IMG/VR virus record: IMGVR_UViG_3300034084_000027
Span: 1-38,665 of that record
Length of the DNA stretch: 38,665 bases
Source: a virus
Taxonomy: Duplodnaviria; Caudoviricetes
Direction: 5' to 3' (one strand)
Shown piece by piece: positions 25,997 through 34,608 of the stretch. Under the pieces are notes generated by a model. The model saw only the letters and a program-made list of their open reading frames with translations. It did no database searches and had not been told where the DNA came from. How positions within the stretch are numbered: position 1 is the stretch's first letter; every line of letters begins with the position of its first letter. The position numbers and the translations under genes are program-made.

Positions 25997-27127
25997 ATGG
26001 CGGGATTAATGGATTTTTTACAAAGCCCCGGAGCAATGCAAGTGGCTGCTTCATTGCTTGAGTCTGGCGGGCCTAATCCTCAACCAGTCGGAACAGGGCA
26101 GGCTTTAGGGCGTGGATTGCTTGCCTATCAGCAGGGGCAGGACTTGGCAGTACAAAGACAATTGCGAGAAGCACAAGTAGCAAAAATGCTTGCAGATCAA
26201 CAGCGTGAAAAAGAGGCTGAATCTGCGTGGCAGAACGTTGGAAATGCTAACCCGGCAGATTTCGGCATTAACGCACCAGAAAAGATTCCTTGGGCTGACG
26301 CTACAAAGATACCAGAATTTCGGGCGCAAATTGCCAGGGGGATGCTCCCCGGCGAGGGGGATAGCCCAAAAAGCGTACAAGAGTGGAAGTTTTATAATAG
26401 CTTACCACCTGAACAGAGACAGCAGTACTTGGTTATGAAAAGAGCCGAGCAATGGAAAGACCTTGGCAATCAAGTTGTCATGCCGACACCAGGAATGCCG
26501 GGCCAGCTTTCAGCTATATTGCCGAAGGGCATTTCTCCTGATGCGCAGCCGTGGCTCAAGGGGGCGCAAGAAGAGGCGAAACAGGGTGTTGAGCTTAACT
26601 ACGCAGGGCCTATAGCGGCTGGAAGGGCGGCTGGAGGTGCTACAGGTAAATCTATTGGCGAAGCCGAGGCAAGTCTGTCAGATATGGAATCAACCATGCC
26701 TAGGCTTAACAGTGTGGTGTCAGAGCTTAGCGACCTTGGCAAAAAAGCCACATATACAAAGATCGGGCAGGGGGCAGACATAGCCAAGAGAGAGCTTGGT
26801 GTTGATGTTGGAGAAGGAGCAATCGCAAGGAAGCAATATATCTCTAAAGTTGACAACGAAATACTGCCATTGTTGAGGCAGACTTTCGGCGCACAATTTA
26901 CAGAAAAAGAGGGGCAATCACTAAAAGCGACATTGGGAGATCCGGACGCTTCTCCAGAAGAGAAAGACGCAGTTCTATCATCGTTCATTGAAACCAAAAA
27001 AGGGCAAATTGAGTCGTTGCGTAGAAGAACTAGTAGAAAACCCGCAGGCCCAGCTAAACCCGGCTCAGAGCCAAAAGGTAATGGGAAGATAAGGCGTTAT
27101 AATCCAGCGACCGGGAGGATCGAATAA
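25997..27127 (+). CDS. Internal virion/DNA ejection protein
   Basis: MAGLMD...G.ALG.GL..YQ; FGAQFTEKEG; C-terminal YNPATGRIE. Confidence 0.7.
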   Translation: MAGLMDFLQSPGAMQVAASLLESGGPNPQPVGTGQALGRGLLAYQQGQDLAVQRQLREAQVAKMLADQQREKEAESAWQNVGNANPADFGINAPEKIPWADATKIPEFRAQIARGMLPGEGDSPKSVQEWKFYNSLPPEQRQQYLVMKRAEQWKDLGNQVVMPTPGMPGQLSAILPKGISPDAQPWLKGAQEEAKQGVELNYAGPIAAGRAAGGATGKSIGEAEASLSDMESTMPRLNSVVSELSDLGKKATYTKIGQGADIAKRELGVDVGEGAIARKQYISKVDNEILPLLRQTFGAQFTEKEGQSLKATLGDPDASPEEKDAVLSSFIETKKGQIESLRRRTSRKPAGPAKPGSEPKGNGKIRRYNPATGRIE

Positions 27128-28887
27128 TGCCGCAACAAATTGATGTTCCTGGCGTTGGTGTTGTTGAGTTTCCCGACGGCATGACAGATACGCAAATTGT
27201 TGAAGCAATACAGGCAAACACGAAGCAGCAGGCAGTGCAGCCACCGGCACAGGCAGAACCGCAAAGCAGAATGGAGCAAATTGAGTCTGTTTCTCCGTAC
27301 ACCTTAAACGTGGCTGGGTATGATACGGGCGTGAAAATACCAAAATGGGCGGGGCGAGGATTGGCCGGGGCTGGAAAGGCAATGGTTGATCTTGGCCGTG
27401 GGGCTGGTCAATTGGTAGGGTTGACAAGCCAGCAAGACGAAGCTGCGGCAAGAGAAGCAGATGCGCCTCTAATGGGAACTACGTCTGGGAAGGTCGGATA
27501 TTTTGGAGGGGGAGCGGCGACAGCCTTGCCAGCCTCTCTAATCCCCGGAGTAAACACCTACACCGGAGCAGCCCTGACAGGGGCAGGCATAGGTATGTTG
27601 TCCCCAACAGTAGAAGGAGAGTCGAGGGCATTTAATGCTGCGGCTGGAGCGGCTGGGGGTGTGGCTGGCAAGGGGATCGGTGACTTAGTATCTGGTATGT
27701 TCCGCACAGCCCCCGCATCGCTTGTAGGCTCTGCGCAAAGAGCTTCTGTTTCCGGAGGAAAGGCTGCAAGTAAGGCTAGTGTATCAGGTGAAGCGGTGCT
27801 GTCTGGGAAGGGAGGCGGGTACACGATGGGGACAGCCGGTCCTGACCCATCTGCTGGTCTTAATTCCACGCGAGCAGCACTTGCAAAAAGAGCAAGAGCA
27901 GCGGGTTATGAGCTAACGCCAGGACAAGCAAGCGGTTCGAAAGTGTTGCAGCAACTAGAGGCGAAGCTAGAAAGCCAGCCAATGACAAGCGGCCCTTTTT
28001 ATGCGGTTAAAGACAATAACCAGAAGCTCGTCAATAGGGCTGTTGCCGGAGCCATAGGAGAGTCGGCTGACGTTGTAGACAGCGGAGTATTGGCCGCAGC
28101 CCATGAGCGATTGTCCAGCAATTTCAAGCATGTTTCCAGCGACGTGAAAAAGCCTGTTGATGTTGACAGCGTAATGGGGAAACTGGCTAGTATAGAAGAC
28201 GATTTTGAGGGGCTTGTGTCAACATCTGACAACCCTCTGGTGAAAAGGTTTGTTTCATACCTTGAAAAAGGGGAGGCAAGCGGGAGACAGTTGGCCGGTC
28301 TTTCTAGCAAGCTAGGGCGTGCCGCAAACCAGCAAATGACAGGTGGCAGTGGAGATAGAGAGGCAGGAATAATGCTGTATCAGGTTAAAGATACAGTTGA
28401 CGACCTTATCGCAAGTGGGCTGCCTGAAAAACAAGCAAAGGCTTTTGATGAGGCCCGTAAGCAATACAGAAATTTCATTACGGTTGCGAAATCTCAGGGT
28501 GTTGTAAATCCGGCCAGCGGAGACGTATCTGGAAAAACTCTAGGAAACGTCCTGAACCGTAAAGACTTCCACGGGTACACCCTTGGCAAGAACGAAAGCC
28601 CAATGTATGAGGCTGCAAGGTTCTCTAAGTCATTCGGTCCTATTGTCGGTGATTCCGGGACAGCAACAAGAATGCCTCTGCCTGGGGCGACTGACTACCT
28701 TGTGTCTTTACCTCTTCACCTAGCGACAAAGGCGTACTTGTCAAGCCCATCTGTGTCGCTGGCTCAAGGCCTTGGTAAAGTGGCAGATTCGCGGGTGATG
28801 CAAGGCGTGGGTGGGCTTATTAACCCAATATTACAGAGGGTTGCCGCTCCTGCTGGTGCTTACGGTCTACTTGGGATAACGAAATAA
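27127..28887 (+). CDS. Large internal virion/DNA ejection protein
   Basis: VEFPDGMTD.QI N-terminus, Gly/Ala-rich TM-like region, LTPGQASG, DSGTA.R. Confidence 0.75.
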   Translation: MPQQIDVPGVGVVEFPDGMTDTQIVEAIQANTKQQAVQPPAQAEPQSRMEQIESVSPYTLNVAGYDTGVKIPKWAGRGLAGAGKAMVDLGRGAGQLVGLTSQQDEAAAREADAPLMGTTSGKVGYFGGGAATALPASLIPGVNTYTGAALTGAGIGMLSPTVEGESRAFNAAAGAAGGVAGKGIGDLVSGMFRTAPASLVGSAQRASVSGGKAASKASVSGEAVLSGKGGGYTMGTAGPDPSAGLNSTRAALAKRARAAGYELTPGQASGSKVLQQLEAKLESQPMTSGPFYAVKDNNQKLVNRAVAGAIGESADVVDSGVLAAAHERLSSNFKHVSSDVKKPVDVDSVMGKLASIEDDFEGLVSTSDNPLVKRFVSYLEKGEASGRQLAGLSSKLGRAANQQMTGGSGDREAGIMLYQVKDTVDDLIASGLPEKQAKAFDEARKQYRNFITVAKSQGVVNPASGDVSGKTLGNVLNRKDFHGYTLGKNESPMYEAARFSKSFGPIVGDSGTATRMPLPGATDYLVSLPLHLATKAYLSSPSVSLAQGLGKVADSRVMQGVGGLINPILQRVAAPAGAYGLLGITK

Positions 28888-29022
28888 CATGATAGACTTT
28901 ATCCTTCCGTCTTTCATTTTAGATATTCTTGCGCTGATCCGTTCCCCCAAAATGTTTATCAGGGGGCAGATAGCTAACCCGGCGGCGATTGAGACCACAG
29001 AAAGTTTTTCCATATAAAACAT
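28867..29022 (-). CDS. Small antisense membrane protein (possible superinfection exclusion)
   Basis: MFYMEKLSVVSIAAGLAICPLINILGERISARISKMKDGRIKSIMLFRYPK fills the gap between the ejection and fibre genes. Confidence 0.45.
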   Translation of the reverse strand: MFYMEKLSVVSIAAGLAICPLINILGERISARISKMKDGRIKSIMLFRYPK

Positions 29023-29041
29023 ATACAGAAAGGCCATAAAA

Positions 29042-30220
29042 ATGTCAAACATTTCGGCATGGAGTACCACGGCGGCAAGCAATAACGCAGAATCTCCCAA
29101 CGGGTTCAAAGAGGGGATGCTCCCATCTGGCGTGAATGACTCGGCGCGTGAGGTAATGGCCGCGGTTCGGACATGGTACGAGGGAGCTGAGTGGGTAAAT
29201 CTTGGGCATACCCCCACTTTTGTCTCTACGACTTCGTTCACTATCCCTACTGACGTAACGGCGGCGTACCATGTCGGGCGCAGGATGAAATTCACCGATG
29301 CGACAACGCTGTATGGTGCGATTGCCACAAGCTCATACGGTGCGCCTGACACGACCATAACCGTTGCGATGGATTCTGGGGTTCTTTCCGCGTCTCTAAC
29401 GGCTGTGTCTTTGGGTATAATCTCGAAAGTAAACACATCTAACCCATCATCTGTTTCGCTTGGTGTAACGGCTGGAAGTGCTGTACAGGTTAATCAGGCT
29501 GTGACGGCATGGACACGCTCCGCTACCACAACTTTGGGGACTACACTAAACGGAACTTTATCGGACACCTCTACCACTATAACCGCATTTAATGGCGTTG
29601 CTGGCGTCACATACCATTGTCGGTGTCTCGGTGCTGGGGCCATTACTCACCATGCCACCGATTTGATTATCACCCAAACAGGGGCGAGCATCGCTGCTAC
29701 AGCGACAGGGGACACCTTCGACGTTGAAATGATCACCAGCACGACCTGTCGGATCAAAAACTATCAGCTTGCAAGTGGTAGAGCATTGGTCGCACCAGCG
29801 GCCACGACATACGTGAAATTCAGCGCGTATAAAAGTTCACCCAACCAGGCATTGGCAAGCGCAACCCCCACAAAAATAACCTACGACTCGGAAGAGTATG
29901 ATGTGGGTTCAGTGTTTGCGAGTTCGCGATTTTCTCCGGGCAAGGTTGGAAAGTTCCAGCTTTCAGCTCACTGGTCTATCTCGGATACCGATGCGTCTGC
30001 AAACCTTGCAGCATACATCTATAAAAATGGTTCTGTGCATAAACTGGTCAAGAATTGGGCTCCAACTGACACCTCTAGTGGCATTACAATTAGCGTTGAC
30101 GTTGCTGCAACTCTTGATACGGATTACTTCGAGGTGTACGCAAGGCAAGACGGTGGTGGATCAGAAGAAATCAACGCAGGGCAGACAGATTGCTGGTTTT
30201 GCGGCCACGAGTTACCATAG
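29042..30220 (+). CDS. Tail fibre/receptor-binding protein with C-terminal C1q-like domain
   Basis: N-terminal anchor WSTTAASN...EGMLPSGVNDSAREVMA; C-terminus FSAY...ITYDSEEYD.GS.F..SRF.P..VG.F. Confidence 0.8.
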   Translation: MSNISAWSTTAASNNAESPNGFKEGMLPSGVNDSAREVMAAVRTWYEGAEWVNLGHTPTFVSTTSFTIPTDVTAAYHVGRRMKFTDATTLYGAIATSSYGAPDTTITVAMDSGVLSASLTAVSLGIISKVNTSNPSSVSLGVTAGSAVQVNQAVTAWTRSATTTLGTTLNGTLSDTSTTITAFNGVAGVTYHCRCLGAGAITHHATDLIITQTGASIAATATGDTFDVEMITSTTCRIKNYQLASGRALVAPAATTYVKFSAYKSSPNQALASATPTKITYDSEEYDVGSVFASSRFSPGKVGKFQLSAHWSISDTDASANLAAYIYKNGSVHKLVKNWAPTDTSSGITISVDVAATLDTDYFEVYARQDGGGSEEINAGQTDCWFCGHELP

Positions 30221-30225
30221 GGGGC

Positions 30226-30891
30226 ATGATGAAAATAACGAGACGAGTATCAGACGGTAGCGTTGTTTATTATCAAAGTCCTGACTTTGAGGATGGCAAG
30301 GGTATATTAAATGCTGTTGCCCTTTACGGCGGGGTATCTGGCGATTATGAAGAGGTAACCATCTCTGGGGCAACTCCGTCATATGTCGCCCTGCGGCTGG
30401 CAGAGCTGGATGAACTGTATAAATCAAAGTTTTACAGCAATGTCACGGCACTTTTCCCTTCCGGGACGAAAACGATCCAGCTCCGTAACGCTGATGATTT
30501 TAGCGCATTCGAGCGTGTTGTCCTTGCTGCGATAACAAGACAGTCGGCAAAGCGTGAAGAGGCAACGGTACAGTTCCGCACAGAGGACAACGTGACGCAA
30601 GAGCTTCCGGCCTCTGAGTTTATTCCTGTCGCATTAGATGTACTTGACGCAAAGCATGCCCTTTGGAAAGTAAGAACGGCTCATAAAGACTCCATCCATA
30701 TGTTGACAGAAGAACAGGCATCAACGTATAATGTCAACACAGGATGGCCGGAAACAAACGATCCAGTCTGGGTGCAGCTAGAAAGGGCAAAAAAGATATA
30801 CAAAGCAATGATAAGAAGGCGAGCAGAAGTGTTGTCAGTAGAAGGAAAAAATGTCGAGGCTATCGAGCTACTTAAAACAATAGGGGAATAA
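30226..30891 (+). CDS. Tail fibre assembly-associated protein (DUF4376-like)
   Basis: IQLRN...FRTEDN.T..L...HKD.I..L......Y....GWP; follows the fibre gene. Confidence 0.65.
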   Translation: MMKITRRVSDGSVVYYQSPDFEDGKGILNAVALYGGVSGDYEEVTISGATPSYVALRLAELDELYKSKFYSNVTALFPSGTKTIQLRNADDFSAFERVVLAAITRQSAKREEATVQFRTEDNVTQELPASEFIPVALDVLDAKHALWKVRTAHKDSIHMLTEEQASTYNVNTGWPETNDPVWVQLERAKKIYKAMIRRRAEVLSVEGKNVEAIELLKTIGE

Positions 30892-30893
30892 AC

Positions 30894-31415
30894 ATGGCAA
30901 GAACACCGTACAGCAGTGTAACATTTGGTGGTAAAATGGTGGCTGAGGGAGATGATTATATCCGCAAGGGACAGGAAAAACTTGAAAGAGCCGTAGCCCT
31001 AATGAACAGTGTCACGGCTGGCGGAACAATCCCGGCAAGATTAGAGGGGAGTACCGAGTTTGGGGTTGTGGCTGTAGCGGAAATTCCAGCAGCTACCATT
31101 GTGAGTTCGTCGGTGGCTAATCCTTCCGTGCTGACCACATCCGCAGCGCATGGAATCCCTTCCGGTTATACCGCCACGATCTCCGGGCATACAGGGGCAA
31201 CCCCTTCCATAAACGGTAGCTATGTTGTTACCAGCACCGGGGCGAACACGTTAACTATTCCGGTTAACGTGACTGTCGGCGGCACAGGCGGGACAATAAC
31301 CGCAGTGGTGGCTGGGGTCAACGGCCAGCTTTTTTACAATGCAGTGAATGACATGAAAACCAACGCGCTTACTGTATCAGCAGCGGCCATTGCTGATTTA
31401 GACATGGGGGATTAA
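30894..31415 (+). CDS. Virion protein with inserted FCCH-like beta-barrel
   Basis: ANPSVLTTSAAHG...TISGHTG...INGSYVVT...NTLTI inserted between two helical segments. Confidence 0.6.
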   Translation: MARTPYSSVTFGGKMVAEGDDYIRKGQEKLERAVALMNSVTAGGTIPARLEGSTEFGVVAVAEIPAATIVSSSVANPSVLTTSAAHGIPSGYTATISGHTGATPSINGSYVVTSTGANTLTIPVNVTVGGTGGTITAVVAGVNGQLFYNAVNDMKTNALTVSAAAIADLDMGD

Positions 31416-31418
31416 TAA

Positions 31419-31487
31419 ATGGCAGGATCACCGAAACCGAAAGGCTCACCGCCGAGCAGAGACCCACGGACAGGCCGTTTTAATTGA
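31419..31487 (+). CDS. 22-aa Pro/Arg/Lys-rich peptide
   Basis: MAGSPKPKGSPPSRDPRTGRFN*; GGGGG RBS; the stop overlaps the TTG start of 31484 (TTGA). Confidence 0.5.
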   Translation: MAGSPKPKGSPPSRDPRTGRFN

Positions 31488-32197
31488 TCTGGCTCGTTTC
31501 TCTAATAGCTATTGCGGCAAGCGAACACCTCGCGCATGGGTTTATATCCAACGACGCAACGTGGGAGCTTGCCCTTGGCGCAAAATATCTATCTTTGGCT
31601 GTGGTCTTGCAGTTGCTCCTTTCAGAGACAAAGCAACGTCCATTACTGTTCCGCTCTATTGTCGCGCTGTTCTGCATTGGTGCGTGGGTTGATTTTGCTG
31701 GGCATTCGCTCTGGCATGTCTCCCGCATTGACTCGTCCACCCCGATAATTGTTGGCTTTTCTTTGTGGCTTATTCATACCATGAAAAGGAGCTATTCCAC
31801 AAAGAGCGACCCAGCAAACTCCAAAAATATCTTCATCCTGTTCCACAGGCCGAAAAGCACATGGGGCGTAATAAAGGCTCTTGTCGGCTTTCCTGCCGAT
31901 TCTGTTGCCATATATGCTAATGGGCAGGCGTGGTCATTCCGGAGAAAAACAGGAGTCTATGCGCTTTATCCTGCCGATCTTTCTGCCGATAATATCGCGA
32001 TAGATACAGGCGTTGCTCTCTCTGCTGATTTGGAAGAAATGCTTGACGACCTTATCGGTCAACCGCGATTCCCAGGAACAAAATGTGTGTGGGTAATCCG
32101 GCATGTTCTTAGAAGAATAGGCGGTACGTTTGCCCCTCGATGGTGTGACTATCTGCCAAGTATTTATGCGGCCAAACTTTTGAGGGGGCGGGAATGA
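31484..32197 (+). CDS. Multi-pass membrane protein with C-terminal permuted papain-like (NlpC/P60-like) domain
   Basis: About 4 hydrophobic helices in residues 1-100, then ...DSVAIYANG...LIGQPRFPGTKCVWVIRHVL...YLPS. Confidence 0.55.
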   Translation: MIWLVSLIAIAASEHLAHGFISNDATWELALGAKYLSLAVVLQLLLSETKQRPLLFRSIVALFCIGAWVDFAGHSLWHVSRIDSSTPIIVGFSLWLIHTMKRSYSTKSDPANSKNIFILFHRPKSTWGVIKALVGFPADSVAIYANGQAWSFRRKTGVYALYPADLSADNIAIDTGVALSADLEEMLDDLIGQPRFPGTKCVWVIRHVLRRIGGTFAPRWCDYLPSIYAAKLLRGRE

Positions 32198-32556
32198 GAA
32201 TACAGGATATGGAAGAGGACCATTTCCTCGGGCTACTAAAAAGGTTGCAAATCGAGCATTTAGAGCCGAAAATTAAAGAAATTGTAAAGGCCGAGTTTGA
32301 CCTTGAGCGGCAAAACTTTTGGGTTCCAGCAGAGAGGCATTATAGAGAACACACACATCTTGAAAAATGCGTGGTTGCAATGGAAGAAAAAGAGGCAAAC
32401 CATGCTTTTGTATCGGCCATGAGAAAAAGAGGCAATAGGGCCGGAGAAATAGCTTTTTATCTCATGGTGGCAGCTTCTTGTGTGTGGGCCGCCGCTACTT
32501 TCTGGGGAGGGTTTATAGCGGCCATGCAAAAGCTACTAAAGCCTAGTGGTATTTGA
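32194..32556 (+). CDS. Single-TM membrane protein (holin/antiholin candidate)
   Basis: FWVPAERHYREH soluble part and a C-terminal TM; upstream of the endolysin. Confidence 0.55.
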   Translation: MRIQDMEEDHFLGLLKRLQIEHLEPKIKEIVKAEFDLERQNFWVPAERHYREHTHLEKCVVAMEEKEANHAFVSAMRKRGNRAGEIAFYLMVAASCVWAAATFWGGFIAAMQKLLKPSGI

Positions 32557-32744
32557 TGAGTATACCAGACGATCCATGTTCAATCTGTTGTCACAAAACA
32601 AGAAACGCGCTTGCAGCCGTGGTGCATCTTGCAAAGCACGTAAGGGCCGAAAACCCGACAATGGCATCTGTAATGCTCGATGCTGCCATAAAACGGCTTG
32701 ACGATCATTTGGAAAGATGCACAGAGCTTATGGGTGTGGAGTGA
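32553..32744 (+). CDS. Small helical protein resembling a stand-alone HisKA (DHp) domain
   Basis: CHKTRNALAAVVHLAK...LDAAIKRLDDHLE; coupled to both neighbours. Confidence 0.5.
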   Translation: MMSIPDDPCSICCHKTRNALAAVVHLAKHVRAENPTMASVMLDAAIKRLDDHLERCTELMGVE

Positions 32745-33085
32745 GCGAATTGCTTAAATTACAATGGGCGTTTTCGAGGCTTATCCCTCGCCTTTTCGAC
32801 AAGGCTTTTGAATTAGGCCTTGAGATTGCCGTGGGCGACGCATTCCGTGACCCGCGAGTGCATGGTGCCTTGGGTATAAAAATGGGGTACGGACACAAGA
32901 GCAGCGCACACAAGAACAAGCTGGCTATAGACTTGAATCTTTTCAAAAACGGTGCCTTTATCAGCGACACAGAAGGGCATAGAACTTTGGGTGAGTGGTG
33001 GGAAAAGCAGCATCCGCTTGCCCGGTGGGGTGGAAAATTCCAAGACGGGAATCACTACTCTTTTGAATATCTTGGCGTAAAATAA
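32741..33085 (+). CDS. Endolysin, peptidase M15 family (L-Ala-D-Glu-type)
   Basis: GDAFR...SAHKNKLAIDLNLF...WGGKF.DGNHYS; GTG start. Confidence 0.9.
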   Translation: MSELLKLQWAFSRLIPRLFDKAFELGLEIAVGDAFRDPRVHGALGIKMGYGHKSSAHKNKLAIDLNLFKNGAFISDTEGHRTLGEWWEKQHPLARWGGKFQDGNHYSFEYLGVK

Positions 33086-33097
33086 AGGAGAAACACA

Positions 33098-33268
33098 ATG
33101 GACAAGGACAAAGCAACAACTATAATCGGAGCAGCAGGGGCAGTTATTACCGCGATCAACCCTCTTATGGGCGGTATATCCACCGGCGTTCTGCATGGCG
33201 GTGATTGGATCCAGCTTGCCACCGCTGGTATTTTCGCCTTGCTTGGGTACTTCACCAACAAGAAATAG
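33098..33268 (+). CDS. Holin (2 TM, 56 aa)
   Basis: MDKDKATTIIGAAGAVITAI...WIQLATAGIFALLGYFTNKK; AAGGAG RBS; follows the endolysin. Confidence 0.75.
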   Translation: MDKDKATTIIGAAGAVITAINPLMGGISTGVLHGGDWIQLATAGIFALLGYFTNKK

Positions 33269-33270
33269 GT

Positions 33271-33340
33271 TTCGCCGTCCTCTCCCGGCGAAGGGTGCGC
33301 CCCGGCCTAATTCCTCCGGTTAGGTGCGGGGCGCGGTTTT
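33271..33340 (+). terminator. Double hairpin at the convergent end of the late operon, with CCUCC-type loops
   Basis: TTCGCCG-TCCTCTCC-CGGCGAA and GCGCCCCG-GCCTAATT-CCTCC-GGTTAGGT-g-CGGGGCGC-GGTTTT. Confidence 0.65.
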
Positions 33341-33578
33341 ATATCTCTGTAAACTCTTGCCCTGCCAGCCAATATAACTCTGACATTGCAGTGGCAGCGC
33401 GTTCTATTTCAAAAATAAACCTTTTTACTTCTTTAGCTTTCTTGCTCCTTGCCCGTTTATTGTGGTAAGTATCTCTCCAGTTTTTGTCTATGGAAGAAAG
33501 GGCTAGCAATGTCTTTTCGCTTAACCGCACATCTGAAAACGGAGTAAGGATAACATCGTATGTCTTTATCTCCCTCAT
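33339..33578 (-). CDS. Hypothetical protein
   Basis: 79-aa ORF, ATGA-coupled. Confidence 0.55.
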   Translation of the reverse strand: MREIKTYDVILTPFSDVRLSEKTLLALSSIDKNWRDTYHNKRARSKKAKEVKRFIFEIERAATAMSELYWLAGQEFTEI

Positions 33579-33805
33579 ACTTCATTCTCGATCAGATAAG
33601 CACATATGCCACCATTGCATATCCGTGTCGTAACTCGCACCCCGTTCTTCTTCGCCCATGTCGAGGCGGCGGACCTGATATAGTCAAGCTGCTTTCCGGT
33701 GGCGGTGTATTTCAGCTTCTTCTTTTTAAGTAGATCGTCAAAATGGTACTTTGATGTTTTACCGCTTTGCTTTGGTGGGATATTCATTATTTTACTTGTG
33801 GGCAT
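33575..33805 (-). CDS. Small basic putative DNA-binding protein
   Basis: IPP....SKYHFDDL...IRSAA..WAKKNG.RVTTR....G pattern. Confidence 0.6.
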   Translation of the reverse strand: MPTSKIMNIPPKQSGKTSKYHFDDLLKKKKLKYTATGKQLDYIRSAASTWAKKNGVRVTTRICNGGICAYLIENEV

Positions 33806-33959
33806 TATCAATCCTCTCGATTAATTCTTTCATAAGATATTCCGGCCCGATTATCTCAACAGAATATCTAGGAGAACAGGCATCATCTTGTGGTTTGGGG
33901 CATCCAAAAATACTAACCTCTGGGTGATCGTGGATTTGCTGAAAAATATCCTCGTTCAT
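33792..33959 (-). CDS. Hypothetical protein (55 aa)
   Basis: MNEDIFQQIHDHPEV...; AAGGA RBS; fills the gap in the operon. Confidence 0.5.
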   Translation of the reverse strand: MNEDIFQQIHDHPEVSIFGCPKPQDDACSPRYSVEIIGPEYLMKELIERIDNAHK

Positions 33960-34288
33960 TATTTATCCTTTAGTTCACGGGCGGCGTTGAATGCGTCTGG
34001 CCTCCCATCGTGTTCCCAATCGCAGCCATCACTTAGCTGGTCTTCCCACTCTTCATGTGTGGCATACTTGTACTCTGGTTGAGTGCGGGTGTTCCATCTT
34101 GCCGCCGCCTCTTCGCGTGTGTATTCGTAGGAGCCAGATGCCCCGCAACCACCAATATTGTACGAGCATACAGCGGTAAACTGCCCGCTTTCATCCTCTC
34201 CAAGATCGGACTCTCCAAGATCAGAATCGCTAAATATTCCAACCTCTTTATTCCCGCAAAACGGACACGGCTTTAGTTCTTTACTCAT
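33959..34288 (-). CDS. Lar-family (restriction alleviation-like) zinc-finger protein
   Basis: ELKPCPFCG...C...GCGASG......EAAARWNTR. Confidence 0.75.
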   Translation of the reverse strand: MSKELKPCPFCGNKEVGIFSDSDLGESDLGEDESGQFTAVCSYNIGGCGASGSYEYTREEAAARWNTRTQPEYKYATHEEWEDQLSDGCDWEHDGRPDAFNAARELKDK

Positions 34289-34608
34289 GGCTTTACCTCT
34301 GGTGGTGATGGTAGTTCGGGCCAAGCATCGACAAGCTCATCAAATTTCCAGCCACCGCTTATATTCGCACGCCATAATTCCTTAAACTGTGTGGGGTTCA
34401 TTTGTCGCAACTTCTCATATCTGGAACGAGCCATTTCTTTGAGTAATGTTTTATCATCCCCGGCTTTGTCTAGTAGTGGGCATGAGGCTGGCGGCGAGGC
34501 ATCTACGCTGTCCAGTATTTCTTTGGTTTTGAAGCACATAGGTTTTGCGCCGGTATATCCTTGAAATGGACAGGCCGCGCAGCAACCTATCTCAATAATC
34601 TTACTCAT
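34285..34608 (-). CDS. Cys-rich hypothetical protein
   Basis: CCAACPF...C...P.SCPL; GAGGT RBS. Confidence 0.65.
   Translation of the reverse strand: MSKIIEIGCCAACPFQGYTGAKPMCFKTKEILDSVDASPPASCPLLDKAGDDKTLLKEMARSRYEKLRQMNPTQFKELWRANISGGWKFDELVDAWPELPSPPEVKP

Noticed and set aside
11536-29436. Long minus-strand ORFs within terminase, portal, capsid and tail genes
   Set aside because: They are antisense shadows of well-supported + strand genes with no motifs. Only the 28867-29022 portion is kept.
32194-33340. Spanin (Rz/Rz1) genes
   Set aside because: No lipobox-bearing or nested ORF was found in the lysis cassette. The only clear lipoprotein is in the early leftward arm.
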